From Camelus ferus (lineage: Eukaryota): DNA of 64,000 nucleotides. The notes beneath the pieces were generated by a model that was not told where the DNA came from, ran no database searches, and worked only from the letters and a program-made list of their open reading frames with translations. Below are positions 37,441 through 51,833 of the stretch, one piece after another. The stretch spans positions 13,518,001 to 13,582,000 of the forward strand of contig NC_045696.1 in the NCBI RefSeq assembly GCF_009834535.1, in the 5' to 3' direction. The position numbers and the translations under genes were made by a program. Positions within the stretch are counted from its first letter, which is position 1. Each line of letters opens with the position of its first letter.

Positions 37441-37899
37441 GCTTGGCATGTCAAGAAGTCTATAGGACAGAACCCAAGAAATCTCAGCTCAGAAACGGAG
37501 CTGTAAAATGGTCTATCTTGTACACATACCTGGTGTATTCAAAATTTGCTTAAGGTTTGCTTTTGCACATATTTTAATAATCATTATTTTCAGCAATCTC
37601 AGTGAGTTCAAATTATCTCAGTTTTGGAATGATTAAATAAGTGAGCAGAAACCTTAAAGAACCTGTGTTAGAAAGCTAATAATTGCCTTTAAAAAGCTAA
37701 AATTGAAGCTCACAACCGTTACAACACTCTAATTTTTATTCATCCCACCCTTCCTTACAGATTTCCAATTTCAGTCTCCTGACAACAAAATGCTAAGCTT
37801 CTTCATATTTAAATCATATAAAGTAATGGAAGTTTCTAATTATTACATCTTGGTTTAATTCCTTTCCTCATAATCTCTTCTTAGAAGTGTCCTGTATTT

Positions 37900-40130
37900 T
37901 TCAAACTATAATTTTTATTGATCAAAGAAATGCATGCATAAAATTTTAGAAGTCAGCTCTAAGTAAAAAAGTAGCATAGTACCACCACTGCTCTCCGTTC
38001 TCCCAGGGTTTCCTCTCCAACTCCTTCAGTTGCCTTGTCCAGCATTTACACATGCCACATTTTTACATAGTATAAATAAATATTTCTTGTTGGATTCCTG
38101 AGTTGGAGGTATTACCTATCATCCTGTCATGGTAAAGGACATTTTCACTCTTTAACACCTTCATTCCACTGGCTTCCCTTTCTCCTCTTCTTGCTATCAA
38201 GTTTTCAGGTTCAATCACTATTCAGGTTTTATATGCAACTCTGCTGGTACTGATGCACAGTTGAGCACAGTGCTGCCCTGTGATTACGTTTTCCTCTTAT
38301 TTGTTTTTCCTGAAGTTTTTTGTTTCTGTGTTTTGTGCTTTGGTTTTGTTTTTTCATTAGCTTGACTTCTTTTGATCTGCCACTTTCCATAAATTCCAAT
38401 AGCCTCTCTACTGATTTTCACAAATTTGCTTCCATTGCTTTGTTTTCCTCTGGTGATGTCCTCCGTGGACATCTTCATTTTCCTACTCCCTGTACTGAGC
38501 CCTCTTGGCCTTCAAAGCAGTGATTATTCTGGTTCTTTCTTTCCTTGTCTATCTAGGCTATTCCTGTCTTTGCCCTGGGAGGCATTTTCCTTGTATTCTG
38601 GGTCTCATGTGCCTAGAGTTAGCCAAATTGTCAGGTTTGAGGGCACAGTCCCCAAGACTTCCCTCAATTCTGACACCAACTGTGATTCCCAGACTCACCC
38701 TCAAGTTCAATTACTGTTACTAATAGCTATTATATGTATGGTTATAGTTTATTAAAAGGAAAAGATACAGATTAAAAGAAGCCAAAGGAGATACACATAG
38801 GACAGAGTCTGGGAGGGTTTCAGATGCAGAGCTTCTGTTTTTCTCTTCCCATGGAGCTAGGACATGTTACCCTCCTGGCACTGACATGTGACAATATGCA
38901 TGGACTATTGCCAACCAGGGAAGATCATCTGAGCTCAAATGTCCACAGACATTTTTGTGTGTGTTACATTACATGGACATGATTGATTTATCGATGATTG
39001 ATTGCTTAATTTCTATGTGGTTTAATTCACTGCCCAGGTCAAGTGATACTTGTGACCCAAATCCCACCATCCTCCCGGTCATATGGTTGGTCTTTCTGCC
39101 GTGGCCAGTTTCCACCCTAAGAATATCAGGTATGGCTAGTCCCTGCCTTGAATAAAGACATTCCTATCAGGTTTGACACAGACTACCTCGTCCAAACCCA
39201 AGGCAAAGGACAGATCTCTCTTTAGACAAAGGTCAAATTCTTTACTATGTACATATGGTCCTTGGTTAACCCCCTTGTTTTGGTAGAACAAGTACTCAAG
39301 AAGCTGTTCATATTTTAAAAAAAGAACAAGAGAGTATCAGAAATGTTGCTAGTCACAGGATTTTACACATTTATCCCTTGAATTAAGACTGCTTTAATCA
39401 GGACTGGTGGCTGTCTACAGGAAGGTCACAGTCCCCTTCCTGGAATACGACCTTTACCATCAACTTGAAGATTTTCTTCCTCTTCCCTATAGTTAATATT
39501 TGGTGCTTTTTAGTTTTGTTTTGGTTATGAATACAATCTCTTCTACTGTCTTCCTCTTCCTCCTTTTTATTCCTTTCTCTATGTCTCTCTGTCTCTGTAT
39601 CTCTGTCTAGCTCTCTCTTTGTTTCTCCCAACACACACGTAAGTAATTTTCTGGACAAAAGTACTTAAAAATTATCCTCCTCTAATTCAGTTTATTCAGA
39701 TTTTGTACCTGTTGCATTAGTGCCTCTCTTGGTCAACTTGTGTAATTTTGGGGGGTATTTCCTCAACTTCATTTTTCAATCCTTTTATGATTTTTCATTT
39801 CTGCTATTATGTTTTTGATTTTTATGAGTTTTTTCCCTCTAAATGTTAAATATTTTGTTTTTGTTTCATAGAGATAATATCTTTTTTTGACCCTCTGAAG
39901 ATATTATTGGGGGATTATTTTTCCCCTAAATACTTTCTGTTGCTTTCAAGATGTTTTTTTTCTGTGTTTTTTGGTCTCCAACTTTTATGGTTAGGACTTT
40001 CTTAAGTATCCTACAACCTTTTGTTATCTGTTCATGTTTAAGGAAGGATGGCTGAATGCCAATTTCAAGTTCAGAGTAAAATTAAGCAGGGCTTGTGGGT
40101 TCTAAACTTTGCTGCAGAACAATGTGAAAT
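37900..40130 (-). mobile_element. Old L1M remnants interrupted by MER21
   Basis: T-rich antisense-L1-like sequence (ttttatgattttcatttctgctattatgtttttga...tctgaagatattatt) on both sides of the LTR. Confidence 0.45.
38610..39253 (-). mobile_element. MER21-type LTR
   Basis: caggtttgagggcacagtccccaagact...ctgacaccaactg...gatacagattaaaa...attgccaaccagggaag...aaggcaaaggacagatctctcttt...ggtcaaattctttacta. Confidence 0.8.
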
Positions 40131-40167
40131 GACACCAGGTAACCTTTGATGTCAGTATTTTTAAAAG

Positions 40168-40470
40168 TATACTTAAAAATTTTCTACCACAAACTAGGAA
40201 ATATAACAAAAAAAGAAGCAGATTCATAGAATACAGAACAAACCAGTGGTTACCAGTGGGGAGAGGCAAGGGAGTAGGGGCAGAATGGCGGGGGGGAGTT
40301 AAGAGGTACAAACTATTAGGTCTAAAATAATCTAAGAGTATATACTGTACAACACAGAGAATATAGCCAATATTTTTAATAACTATAGAGTACATCCTTA
40401 AAAATTGTGAATGATTATATTGTATACCTATAACTTATGTAATATTGTACAACTATACTTCAGTAAAAGT
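40168..40470 (+). mobile_element. Artiodactyl-type L1 3' end
   Basis: gaacaaaccagtggttaccagtggggagagg...gaggtacaaactattagg...gtacaacacagagaatatagccaatattt...caactatacttca. Confidence 0.8.
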
Positions 40471-43400
40471 CAAAAAGATATAACCAAACCAAAACAAAAC
40501 CAAAAAATAAAAGAATACTGTATAGATAATATAAAATCATGGCAAAGAAATACACAGTGTTGGTTGCCTTTAGGAAGGCTGAATGGGAATTCAACTCTAT
40601 ATGTAATACTTATTTCCCTTTAGTAAATAAATTTTAAACAAATTTAAAAAAAAAAAACTTTTCTCTTGGTCTGATCACAGTCCCAAGAGAAGAGTTTTCT
40701 GGTGCCCTGCCTTAAGAGTCAAAGTCTAACTGTCTATGAACTGGGAAGCTAGTGAAAGAACAGAGCCACCAGCTTCAGCTTCTATTTGCATCTGTGTTTA
40801 CTTAATCCCCTAATTCAGACTGTTACTTATGTCTTTCATTCCATCTGGCATCCTCCTGTCCAGAGAGACCAGGTTTTATCCTCTCTAGAGAAATGCTCCA
40901 GTTTTATGTGAAGGTCATGAGGAGAGGAATTTATCCAGAGATACAGATGCAACTCCTTCTTAAAGAGCTGCCCGGTCATCCTTTTCACATTAGCTCTCCA
41001 TTTGCCCCAGGTCCCAGAGAAGCCCCAGGCTGCTAGCTCTGAGCCATGAGACTTTTCTACCCTGAAGAGTGGGTTGGTCCTGGCTGTTTAGCAGTGATAG
41101 TTTAATATTTAGGGTTCTCCAGTTGGCCAGGTAAGTTTCCACTCCTCAGTGGTTGTTATTTTCTCCCAGTCTCTGTATTGTAGTTTTGGTGAAGTGTCTG
41201 AAGGAAATGTGTTCAGTCCTTCACCTTTATCCAGAAGCACTTATTTTATAACTTTTAGTGTAAATCTCAGGAGCAGATGCTCTCAATGCCTCACCCATAT
41301 GCTCTCAGCAGTTACCTCGGCATGTGAACATGGCTTCCTGAGCACAGCTGAGATTCCTCCTGAGGATGTCTTGTTTCCTTTTTCTTTCTTTCTTTTGACA
41401 ACAAAAGTTTGGAAATTTGGTCTGTGTTCGGTATCTTGGGATCAGCCCCTCAACTGGAAGAAACCTGAAATGTGTTCTGTACTTTCTCCCAAAGTTCACC
41501 AAAGGGATTCTGGTCTAGTTGCCTGCACTGATAATTTGCCAAGTAATACATACTTTATCAGCTTCTTCTTCTCTTTTCCTGTCTCATACCTTCACTTTTT
41601 TACTGGTCTTTCCCAGAATTACCTCCCAAATTAACTTATAACAATTGAATTTTTGTCTCTGCCTGCTTCTGAGGGGAACTGGAAGTATATTTTCCTAGCT
41701 AATTCTCAATCTTTTTAATACGTTTTACCTACCCTGTAATTTTTTAGCTAGCTCATAATTATTAGATACTGATTACTTTTCAGAGTTGGGTTGTTAGTCT
41801 TATCTGTATTGCTCTGGCCACAGCAATGTAGACCACAGACACAAGAATCACATTTGGCAGTCAGTTTCTTTACGGCAAGTGATTTCCTACTTCGGGACGG
41901 TAATGTGTCTTCCTATATAGGAAGCAGGCATGTTGTGAGGCATCACTTGATTAAAGTGTCCTGAGATTGTCCATGGCCAGTCAGTTTTAAAAGCATACCC
42001 ACATCTGTGTACTAATTGCCCTTGAATCATCTGTAGCCTAGTAGCAAGGTGAGAGCAGGATGACCCCAGTCACAAAAAGCCACTAGATCCTAAATGAGTG
42101 AACACAGAAATGCATTACTCTGTGCAACTCAGATATTTGGGGCATATGAAGTGATCTCTAAAAGCTCACTACCTGATGAGAAAAGAACAGATAAAAGCCC
42201 AGATAGATGGATATTTATTTATCCCAGGGCAAGGTAAACAAATTTCTTCCCACCACACAGCACAAATTATTGAGCTGAAAATTCACACAGGAAACCATAC
42301 CAGTTTGTCAACTGATTTTGTTTATCTTTTAAAATCCTCAAAGAGAAGCTCCTTTGTAAAGTACTATTACAAAGACCTGCAGTCTATAAAATTACTTGGA
42401 TGAGCAGCTGACATTCTGAGAGTAATACTGACTTTTGTCAATGAATAGTTCTACAATGATCAATGAGAACATCTTTTCCCTCACAGCAGTAGACATTATC
42501 AATGTTTTAACTCTCTCTATGGTTTTCCCCGCGCTGGCAACCATAACACGCAATTTGTTTTCCAGTAGCCAATTCATTGCATTCCACAGTCCTTTTTTTT
42601 TATATTTTCAACAGAAAACAACTCTTTCTGTTGTGTCCTCTACACAACTGCCACAGACATTTGGAACCATATGTTCCTGTCTGGTGCACACCACGAACAA
42701 GTGGAGAATGTCAAAATGTGGCTTACAGAAAATCCTCTGTGATGTGTCGCCACACCCCAGACAGCCGTAGAGATGGAAATCTACCCAGGATGTTGGAGAA
42801 AGAGCACACCACAGCGTCACTTTTCTCTCTTGGAGTCACCTTGATGATGATACTTCCATCTCTGCCTGAGCCTGTGGATCCAGGGATGTTTCTCTTTACA
42901 GCCTTACATCACCACTTCAATGGTGAAGCCAAATGGTCGAAATGTGATGTAGAACCAGATACGTGTGGCTTCACCCTTCTGCTCAGCCCTACACAAGTGA
43001 TATACAATCTGTGTTTTACCACCACAACCCTTAACCATTACTTAAAATAATTTTTCAAGTGGATTATGTTCTTGCTAATTGGTATAAGAGGAAAGCAAGT
43101 CACTAAGCAGCTTCCATATTTTTGTTCCAAAGTGCAAAGATTTCCTCTGCTGGTGCATAACTTTACCAGCTACATCATGCTGCTCCTAAACACAGTTTTA
43201 TTCATGAATCCATTCATTTACCAATGTTTGTTCTATTCTGAACAAGATATGATGACTCTTCTGGGGAACTGAGAAGATGTAGGGGACTCAAAAATGAACC
43301 CAACATTTTAAGGTCATAAGCTACTTAGTTAAATAAGCGGCATACATTATTTCAAAGAAGCATCAAAAATAGAAATTAAGGTATTCTTTCTATGTGTTCA

Positions 43401-45420
43401 TGACAGTGCAACCTCAGTTTCCCTTTTCCCCCTCTGCCTCACTCGTGAAACCACATATGGCCCTATAAACACAGATGTTCCCGCCTGTCTCATTCATGTT
43501 TGATTTCCAAGTCATACGTATTCTACCCATGTAAATGATCATAGTTGGCTTTAGGAAAAATATCATGAAATTCCCTAAAAATTAAATTGCTGTTATTCTA
43601 TCACTATTATTCTCTCTGTTTTCCTCGTCAAAAGAAAAGAAAGAGAGAGACCCAAACATTCAATAGAAGACAAATATTATATATAACAATGTGTGAATTT
43701 AGGTCATAAAAATATAAACTAGAGGGTTTTTTTTTATTCAGTAGCAGCAATTTGTGAGCCCTGTAGTGTGGCAAAGATAAAACTGTCCAAAGACACAAAT
43801 ACAGTATATAGTTAGTCACGGGTGGTGTCATTTGGCTCAAAAGAGACTTTTATTTTGCCTTTCTTTCCCTTAACCACATTCAGAATTAGAACGAAGTGAT
43901 GAGAACCAGCAGGAAGACAGAACAAACAGCCAGCAGAACCATGTAACTGTTCAAACAGCCAGCTAAACTCATTGCACATCTCAACCACAGAAATATTTCA
44001 GGTGACTCTGTTTTTGACAAAACGTGGGAACCACAGGATCTACAACACTTACAAGCAAAACTCAACAACTCTAATAATAGTCACAGAAGTGAAAGCCAAT
44101 TTGGATAAAATAAGACATTGACTCAAATCCTCTGAGAGAAGATTTCTGAAAACAAAGTTTACAAAAATCTCATTTTGCCTTTTGGGAGTTACATTCCTCT
44201 CTGCAGGTTGACTCTTTCGCTGGGTTGGTTTCTTTATTACTGGGAGAATGTTCCTGCACCATTTCTTCTCCACCTGACATGAAATGCGATACCTTTTTTT
44301 TTTCCTCATTTTTTTTTTTTTTTATCTCACAGTGACTAAGAGGCTATTTCATGCTCTGGCTGTTGACTGAACATGTAGTTTGTAGCCCACCTTCTTCAAG
44401 AAGGATGTGGGTGACATTTGTGGTGGCACACCAGTGAAATCTGTGTCTCATGGGGTTTACTGTCTCAGTGCCTGTAAGTTTGCTAATAATATACCCAAAT
44501 GGAAGCAGATAAAAATACAACCTTAATTAGCATCAATCAGCTCATTCTCTAGGAAAGGGAAAGTTTGTATGGAATTAATATAAGCTCTTCTTTATTGATT
44601 CCTATTATATTATATTATGGGTAAAGTCCATCAACAGGTTCTTGTCCACATGTAATCAGAAACTTAGTAGATTGTTTTGTGTTGACATTATTTTCAGAAT
44701 ATATAAGATGGTTCTCCTCTGTGGGTTCCATCTGCCTGTTTACTGGACTTATATTTGAATCATGTCTATGCCTCTTGTTTTTCCCAAGCCAATCTTATAT
44801 ACACTTTGTTAATTTGAAAATAATAATAAAATAAGCAAACAATTTTTTTTCAAGAGTCCAATAAAAAGAGTGACAACTCAGTTCTAGACACCAAGGTATA
44901 TGAAGTACAGGGAAGAAAGCTGAGTATGGAATGAGAAACCTTTGTTCTCTGCCTATGTATCTGTTGGATACTGGACCTCAGATTCCTCCTGTTAAATGAA
45001 GGAGCTGGAATCAATGTTCTTTAAGATCATTCTGTTTCTATCCAGAGTCCTCCAGTTTTCTGTCCAGAGTCTCCAGATTCTTCCAACTTGTCCCTTTGCC
45101 CATTCTCCTCATCAGTATCTCCAAATCTGACATGATCAAATTTGTGTTTAAGTAAGGACACTATGGCTGCAATGTGGGGAAGAGCTTGGAGAGGAGTATG
45201 AGTTTTGGGGTGACACAGGGAGGAGGTGAATGTGGTGTGACTTGAGTAAACTGATGGGAGTCTGAGTTCATGGTGTGGGGGAAGAGGGGAATGAAGAAGA
45301 TATATCTGGTGTTAAGCCGTCTGGCAGTAGTTTTACTGATTTGGAGTTGGTGAATTGAGGAGAAAGAGGGGTTAAAACAATGCTCAGACAAAATCAGGCA
45401 CATTCAGGGTGGTATGTCTG

Positions 45421-46244
45421 TAGACAGACTCGTAGATGTAGTAAACAATTTTATGGTTATCAGGGGGAAGGAGGTGGGAAGGGATAAATTTGGGAGTTTG
45501 AGATTTGCAAAGGTTAACCACTATATATAAAAATAGATTAAGAAAAAAACCAAATTAAAGAAGATGTGGTATATTTATACAATGGAATACTACTCAGCCA
45601 TAAAAACTGACAACATAATGCCATTTGCAGCAATGTGGATGCTCCTGGAGAATGTCATTCTAAGTGAAGTAAGCCAGAAAGAGAAAGAAAAATACCATAT
45701 GAGATCGCTCATATGTGGAATCTAAAAAACAAAAACAAAAACAAAAAACAAACAAACAAAAACAAAGCTTAAACAAAGGACAGAAATGGACTCACAGACA
45801 GAGAATACAGACTTGTGGTTACCAGGGGGATGGAGGGTGGGAAGGGATAGACTGGGATTTCAAAATTGTAGAATAGACTACACTGTATAGCACAGGGAAA
45901 TATACACAAAATGTTATGATAACTCACAGAGAAAAAAATGTGACAATGAGTGTGTATATGTCCATGAATAACTAAAAAATTGTGCTGAACACTGGGATTT
46001 GACACACCATTGTAAAATGATTATAAATCAATAAAAAATGTTTAAAAAAAAAAGAAAAAACCAAATTGCTTCTGTATTACCACAAGGAACAATATTCAAT
46101 ATCTTGTAATAACCTTTAATGAAAAAGTATATGAAAATGAATAAATGTGTGTGTGTGTGTATATATATATATGCATAATTGGGACATTATGCTGCACACC
46201 AGAAATTGACACATTGTAACTGACTACACTTTAATAAAAAAAAA
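45421..46244 (+). mobile_element. L1 3' end (outer, older) split by a younger L1
   Basis: acagactcgtagatgtagtaaacaa...tatggttatcaggggg...gggagtttgagatttgca | inner L1 | caaggaacaatattcaatatcttgtaataacc...cattgtaactgactacactttaataaaa. Confidence 0.8.
45557..46051 (+). mobile_element. Young 5'-truncated L1 (ORF2 C-terminus plus 3' UTR)
   Basis: 45558-45725 reads KKMWYIYTMEYYSAIKTDNIMPFAAMWMLLENVILSEVSQKEKEKYHMRSLICGI* (L1 ORF2 C-terminus, uninterrupted); poly-A tail; TSD aagaaaaaa(a)ccaaatt at 45540-45556 and 46052-46067. Confidence 0.92.
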
Positions 46245-48914
46245 TGCTTCAGGTTTCTGGTTTCACTAATCTGTTTGGTATTCGCACCCTGAACTGAGAT
46301 GGAGAATGAAGCAACCAAGAACGTCAGCTTTGAGGAACAGAGGCAAAAGTTCGATTTTGGACATGGTGACGTGAAATCTCTCTGGGACATAGTCACCTGA
46401 CTGTTACTGTACACTTGAGGGCTAGGACCTTCACCCAACACTAGAGCTGAGTCCTGTCTCCACATGACATGGCTCCTGGAAAAAAAATTCAAATCCAAAA
46501 ATAATTTCAAAAAATGACTTAGATTTTTATGGGGGTTTCATTGGAAAGACTAGGGAATGCAGTTACATTGCTTATCACATGTTAACATTTTTTAAAAGTC
46601 ATCCATATATAGTTCTTTCTCCGAATCTCAGCTCCCCATAACAATTTCTAATCATGTTCCTTTCCTCTCTGGGGAAAAAAAACAAAAAAAACAACAACAA
46701 AAAAAGCCCTCTTTTCCTCTACTCAGTATCCTCCAAAATGTCAAAATATTGCATTCTTCATTCATTTAGACATGAAGCTGGGGAGCCAGCATGGTCTTGG
46801 TGAGTTTCAAGGCTTCCTGTCACACCCTCCTCTCAATTTTATGACTAAGCACATCATGTTCTTATTAATTATATATCAGTCTCCTCTCATCCTCTATTTG
46901 ATGTTGAGCCCCCGAAGAACATGGCTAATGGTTTTTGTTTTATTATGTAATGCCAGAACTTATGTTAGACTTACATTAGGTAGGACATACATATTTATTT
47001 AGTTAAAAAATTATATGTAGGCAGTAGCCAATTATTTTCAAACCATACTTTTTTTTTTCATGAAATATCCTTGGACATCCCAGGTTGACATATTTTCTCC
47101 CACACACTCTCCCAAAGGAAATGAATTTTACCTCTGGTTTTTGAGTTTCACTTACCATGTGCTATCCCATATTAAGGTAATTCCATACATATTGTATCTC
47201 TATTATGCTCATCAAAGTTTACTAGTCTTTATTTTACTAACACTCACACTGTGATTTAACTGTATCAGGTGTTCAAAAAAGTATTCAGTACACAAGAAGG
47301 AATAAGTTAACAAAGGCATTATCTGGGGTTTTGGTCTGTGTGTATCATCAATGATCTCTTGTTATTTTCGCTCTATGTATAAAACACACCTGATTCTGAC
47401 CATTCATCTTCTACTCTATTCACTCAGTTTTATTTTGCTTGAGAACAGAGACTATTTCTATTCCTAGTTTGTAGCCTTTCATTCCATTTCCTAGTTACAC
47501 ATTTTGTTAATGCTAATTGTTAAAAATACATCTATTGAATGAAGCCATGTAATCGCAGTCCTATGGGATATCCAATCTGCCATCACAGGACATCCTCCTC
47601 AAATATGAAGAACAAGCCTCCGTAAGGAACTGAACAAAGTTTGTGGTATCTTAATGAGGAAGAAGGGACAAAAGCTATTGAGAAGGGCACTGATAGTGTC
47701 TAGCCCCATAAGATGTTGCATATTCTCAAGAACATGTTTAAGACTTTGTATCTGTTCACAAGGGATTTTTTAACTATCAACACTTGGTTGCACTAGTCTG
47801 CATGTTTATTTTTTAGCAACACATACATCTGAGGGTTGTTTTATTTCCTATTGGATTAAGTGCTATAGCAAGTATACATGTCTTATCTTACATACCACCT
47901 GCAAGGAATTTTAAACATGTTATTAATCTTTCAGTTAAAAAATACAAAAAAAAACTTTACCGACTTTAAAATGCAAAACATCTCTGTTAGATTATATGGA
48001 AATGGTTTAACTGTACCAAAACAGGCCTTCTGCACTAAAAAGGAGAAATTTCCCTTTAATTAGAATGACAGCAGGAATTAAGGAAGGCAGAATTTAATAT
48101 AATTATAATTGGGAAATCATTATTTAACAAGAGTCATGCTGCATTTCTTGAAGAAAACACAATGAAGATCTTTTAATTTAAGATGAGTCAATAATTTTAT
48201 TTTTATATCTCTCCTGAGCCTGTTTTAATTAAAAGAGTATCTAAAATAAATTTGAATACACGTTCTACACTTTCCTAGTCTCAAATTGCACTCTTTTGCT
48301 TGGGAAGTCTATGCACAACATTAAGGTAAATTTCAAAAAGTAATACTTTAAAACATGTATGAATATGGGGAAACGAGAATACTGAACAAGCAACAGAAAG
48401 TTCAAGAATAAGGAATTCATTCTTTAAAGAATGAAACATACAGCTGCACCAACCTGTTTGATATTTATTGCTGCCCGTCTGCTTATTGACATATTTTTTA
48501 TTAAACAAACAAACAAAAAAAGTTTACCATGAGCATATCCTGAACTTACATGGTCTATTTAAATTTTAAGTTGCACATTGCTACCCTTTGTCAGGGTTTC
48601 CAGCTTTGATTCTCCTAGTCAAACATAATCTTAAGGGGCTCAGTTTATTAAGCAGAGAAAACACGCATAAAACAGTGGTTCTACTCTGTGTCAGAAAGGA
48701 AAACTATGCTGTAAAATAAACTGTACTGTATCACATATTAAATGAGAAAAAAAACACGCTTGAGGAGCACAGATTTGTCCGTGTACCAATGGAAAGAAGG
48801 GAGTTCTTAATTTGTTACAGAAATTACACCTTAGATATGGATTTAAATGGTCATTTCCACCACTACTGATGGTGTGTGATGCAGGTGCTTTGCTAATAAT
48901 AATAATAAAAATAA

Positions 48915-49130
48915 TAATAATGGAATTGAATATGTATTGAATTTAGTGTGCACTGGTTACTTTATATGTATTGTCCCTTTTAATCCTCTGAGATAGGTCC
49001 TATTGTATTATCATCACTCCCATTTTCCAGGTAAGAATTTGGAAGAAAGGTAAAGTTAAGCAAATTGTCCAAAATCACTTAGCCAATAGATGTGGAGCCA
49101 GGATTCCAGTCAGGAGCCCATGCTCTTCAG
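48915..49130 (-). mobile_element. MIR SINE
   Basis: tttaatcctctgagataggt...cccattttccagg...gtccaaaatcacttagccaatagatgtggagccaggattc. Confidence 0.75.
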
Positions 49131-49654
49131 AATGTAACCCTCTGGAGTCTAGATTTGTGCTTGTATACTACGTTGATGATCTCTATATTTTCTCTCTCTA
49201 TATATAAAACCCTTCTCTTCCTATGATCATTCATCTCATGCTAATCCAGTTTTCTTTTACTTGAGATCAAGGGTCATTCCTTTCCTTATTTTGTATCCCT
49301 TAATTACATTTCCTCCTTGCACATTTGCCTAATGCTAATGGATATGCTAATATATGCCAATAAGTAAGTAGAGACAAGGTTCAAACCAAGTAATCGAACT
49401 CACTTGGTCCTGTGCTCTTCACCACGAGGCTCCACCAGCCAAGAGAAACAATTTTTCTCTCTGCTTTGGCTTCCTCTTATACAAAGTAGAGTGCAAGGGG
49501 AGTTAGATGGTTTTTAAGGACTTTGTCATCTCGGTAGTTTGTCTATCATCCCATGTGATAGCTATGCTAGGCTAACACAGAGTTAAGGAAGACAGATGTC
49601 TGTATGGAAAGGATTAATAAACACTGATTAACCAGGATGCTCAATGGTTGGGGT

Positions 49655-50060
49655 TGGTCTTGGTTTCCATTCCTACAGAACCCTACACTCGGTCAAGGAG
49701 TAGAATGTAGGCAATTTGGGAGGTGATTTCAGGATGCAGCAGTAGGAGAGTGGACTGGTGACATGGTGTGTTAGGACGCAAGTAACTCAGTCTCTCAGGG
49801 GAACTCTGAGGAAGACAGAGAACTGAGCTAGGGGGCCCTTCTGCTGAGGCTGTTTCTGGGGACACTTATTAGTGAGTGCTGCCCAAGGGGCTTGTTTGGC
49901 ACTTACAGGGTCTGGTTTGGCTGTACCTGTAGGAAGTATGGGTTCAGGAGACCAGAGGAGATACCCAAGCAAAGAAGTGCAGTTGCTGGCATTGAAAGTC
50001 AGACCTGCCCGCACTGGAGGAGAAAGGGCAAGTGGACAGACCTGGAAACTGTCCACAACA
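49655..50060 (-). mobile_element. LTR16-type ERVL LTR
   Basis: cagaaccctacactcggtcaagga...atttgggaggtgatttcaggatgcagcagtagg...ggggaactctgag...tgtccacaaca. Confidence 0.6.
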
Positions 50061-51629
50061 GTATGCTGACAAACTAAACTTTAAGGCTAAGATTTACCCT
50101 GAGACATTTGTTTGTTTGGTCTTCCTGGTAGAGTTAATTTTACTTCCTGGAACAGTACAGTCTTCTTCCTCATTTTAGTAGAGTGTAAAGGACACAGTTG
50201 AATCTCTTTGATGATTGAGTTTCTTGTCATCAGTCTTTGCCATTACTATGACGAAAGTTTTAGTGTTTTCCCCCTACCTGAGTAAATGGTTTCACATAGC
50301 GTGATGTCTCAGAGAAATACTTCACTACAAGCACTCTGCAAATACAATGGGAGAATTTAGAAACCCAGATGATGGCTGTTATCTTTCTCCTGCCTGGGCT
50401 TGGAGGAATGCACTGATCATAATGGCAGTTTTAATCCTTTGAGAGCAATGATTTCCAACCTTATTTTTGTGATATCCCAGAGCACCCTTAGGAACATCAT
50501 CAATTTCTCAGGGGGAAAAACACACACATAAAAACAACAGCTAACAAAATCCTGAATCGATACGAATTTAATTTGATTTTCAAAATGTAGGTATAGCATG
50601 AAGCACTTTTTAGGAAGTAGTTCATGCAATGAAATAAAACCAAAATAACAGGTGCTATAATTTGCAAAGCTTGCTAGCAACTGCTTTTTTGAGCCAAGAG
50701 AGAATGAAAAACATGGACACTAGAAACTGAGGGAATATAAGTACTAATCATAAGTGGTAGTTTTTAAAACTGAAAAAGAAATTCACTGAGTGAAGGGAGG
50801 AGGAGAGAAGTTATCACACACAAGAACTGCACATTTTCATGACCTTCGAATCAATTTCTCTAGCAAACCAGCCAGGTGGTTGTACCTCTCCACTTCTTAA
50901 TAGATTTATTTTGTTATGTGAGAATCTCTCTCATTTGTCTCTTTTAACTGGTGTGGGGCAAGAAGACAGCTATTATTATAGAATTTTCTCCATCTTGCAA
51001 TCCTAAATATTTTCTGTAGATTTCAGAAGAGACATTCTGGGAAAATCCAGAGACTTTGCTTTGTATTTCCTGCATTGGTCCTTTCAACAAATTTATGAAA
51101 TGATATTTAATTCATTTGTCATATGGTTTTTCAGGATCATTTCAAAAGGAAACTAATTTGATCTCAAAGTTGGATACAAAATTTTGTCTCAAAAATACCG
51201 AAAGAGTACCAAATATATCCATAAGGGACAGAAAGACCTCTTTAATGCCAGTATTTTATAACTGAAAAATGTTTAAGTAACTTTGGAGGCTCCACATACA
51301 CTGTTAAGTCAATCCTGATAGTAAACAAATATTTCATTTTATATTGATAACGTCTCTTTGGAAGAGACTGCAACTGTTCGCTGAAATCTTTTCTCACCTT
51401 TCTTTGTAGAAAGTTAATAACTAGAAATACTCCTGCCCAGGGAAAGACTACTGCTTCCTAGTCCCTTTTGAAGCTAATTTAGTCACATGGGTCATATAAT
51501 TATGTTCTTGACAGTAGAACGTCAAAGAGACGTGATGAGTTTTAATTCTAGTTCCGAATGTTAAAAAAATTGGACCTATGTTCCTCTATATCCCTTCTAC
51601 CCCTTGTAAGAAACACAGCTTTGAATATT

Positions 51630-51833
51630 CAGATGAGGACGATGCACTAGGAGGTAGAAAATCAAAAATACGAAAAGACTCTGGGTTCTAAATGACTCCA
51701 TGGACCAGAGTCTTCTGCCAATCTACACCGTTTACTGTCAAAGTTATGTGAGTGAGAAATAGGCTTATTTTTCCTTTAAACTCTGTATTTTAGGGCTGCT
51801 TTGTTATAACAGCTTAGTCTTAAATTTCTCAAT
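51630..51833 (+). mobile_element. MLT1 LTR 3' fragment
   Basis: ctgggttctaaatgactccatgga...tatgtgagtgagaaata...tattttagggctgctttgttataacagctta. Confidence 0.6.

Larger units (their letters stand above)
45130..46410 (-). mobile_element. L2 fragment hosting nested L1 insertions
   Basis: cactatggctgcaatgtgggga...; resumes after 46245 with ttcaggtttctggttt...ttttggacatggtgacgtgaaat. Confidence 0.6.

Noticed and set aside
41149..41634. 161-aa ORF
   Set aside because: GTG start, low-complexity Phe/Ser composition typical of T-rich repeat remnants, no family resemblance.
42392..43050. Cluster of ORFs up to 157 aa behind an acceptor-like tract (ttttcaacag, 42614)
   Set aside because: No recognisable domain, non-ATG start for the longest ORF and no convincing donor. 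Cannot support an exon.
45041..45080. Short imperfect duplication tccagagtc(c)tccag
   Set aside because: Two short copies, ordinary slippage, nothing further to support.
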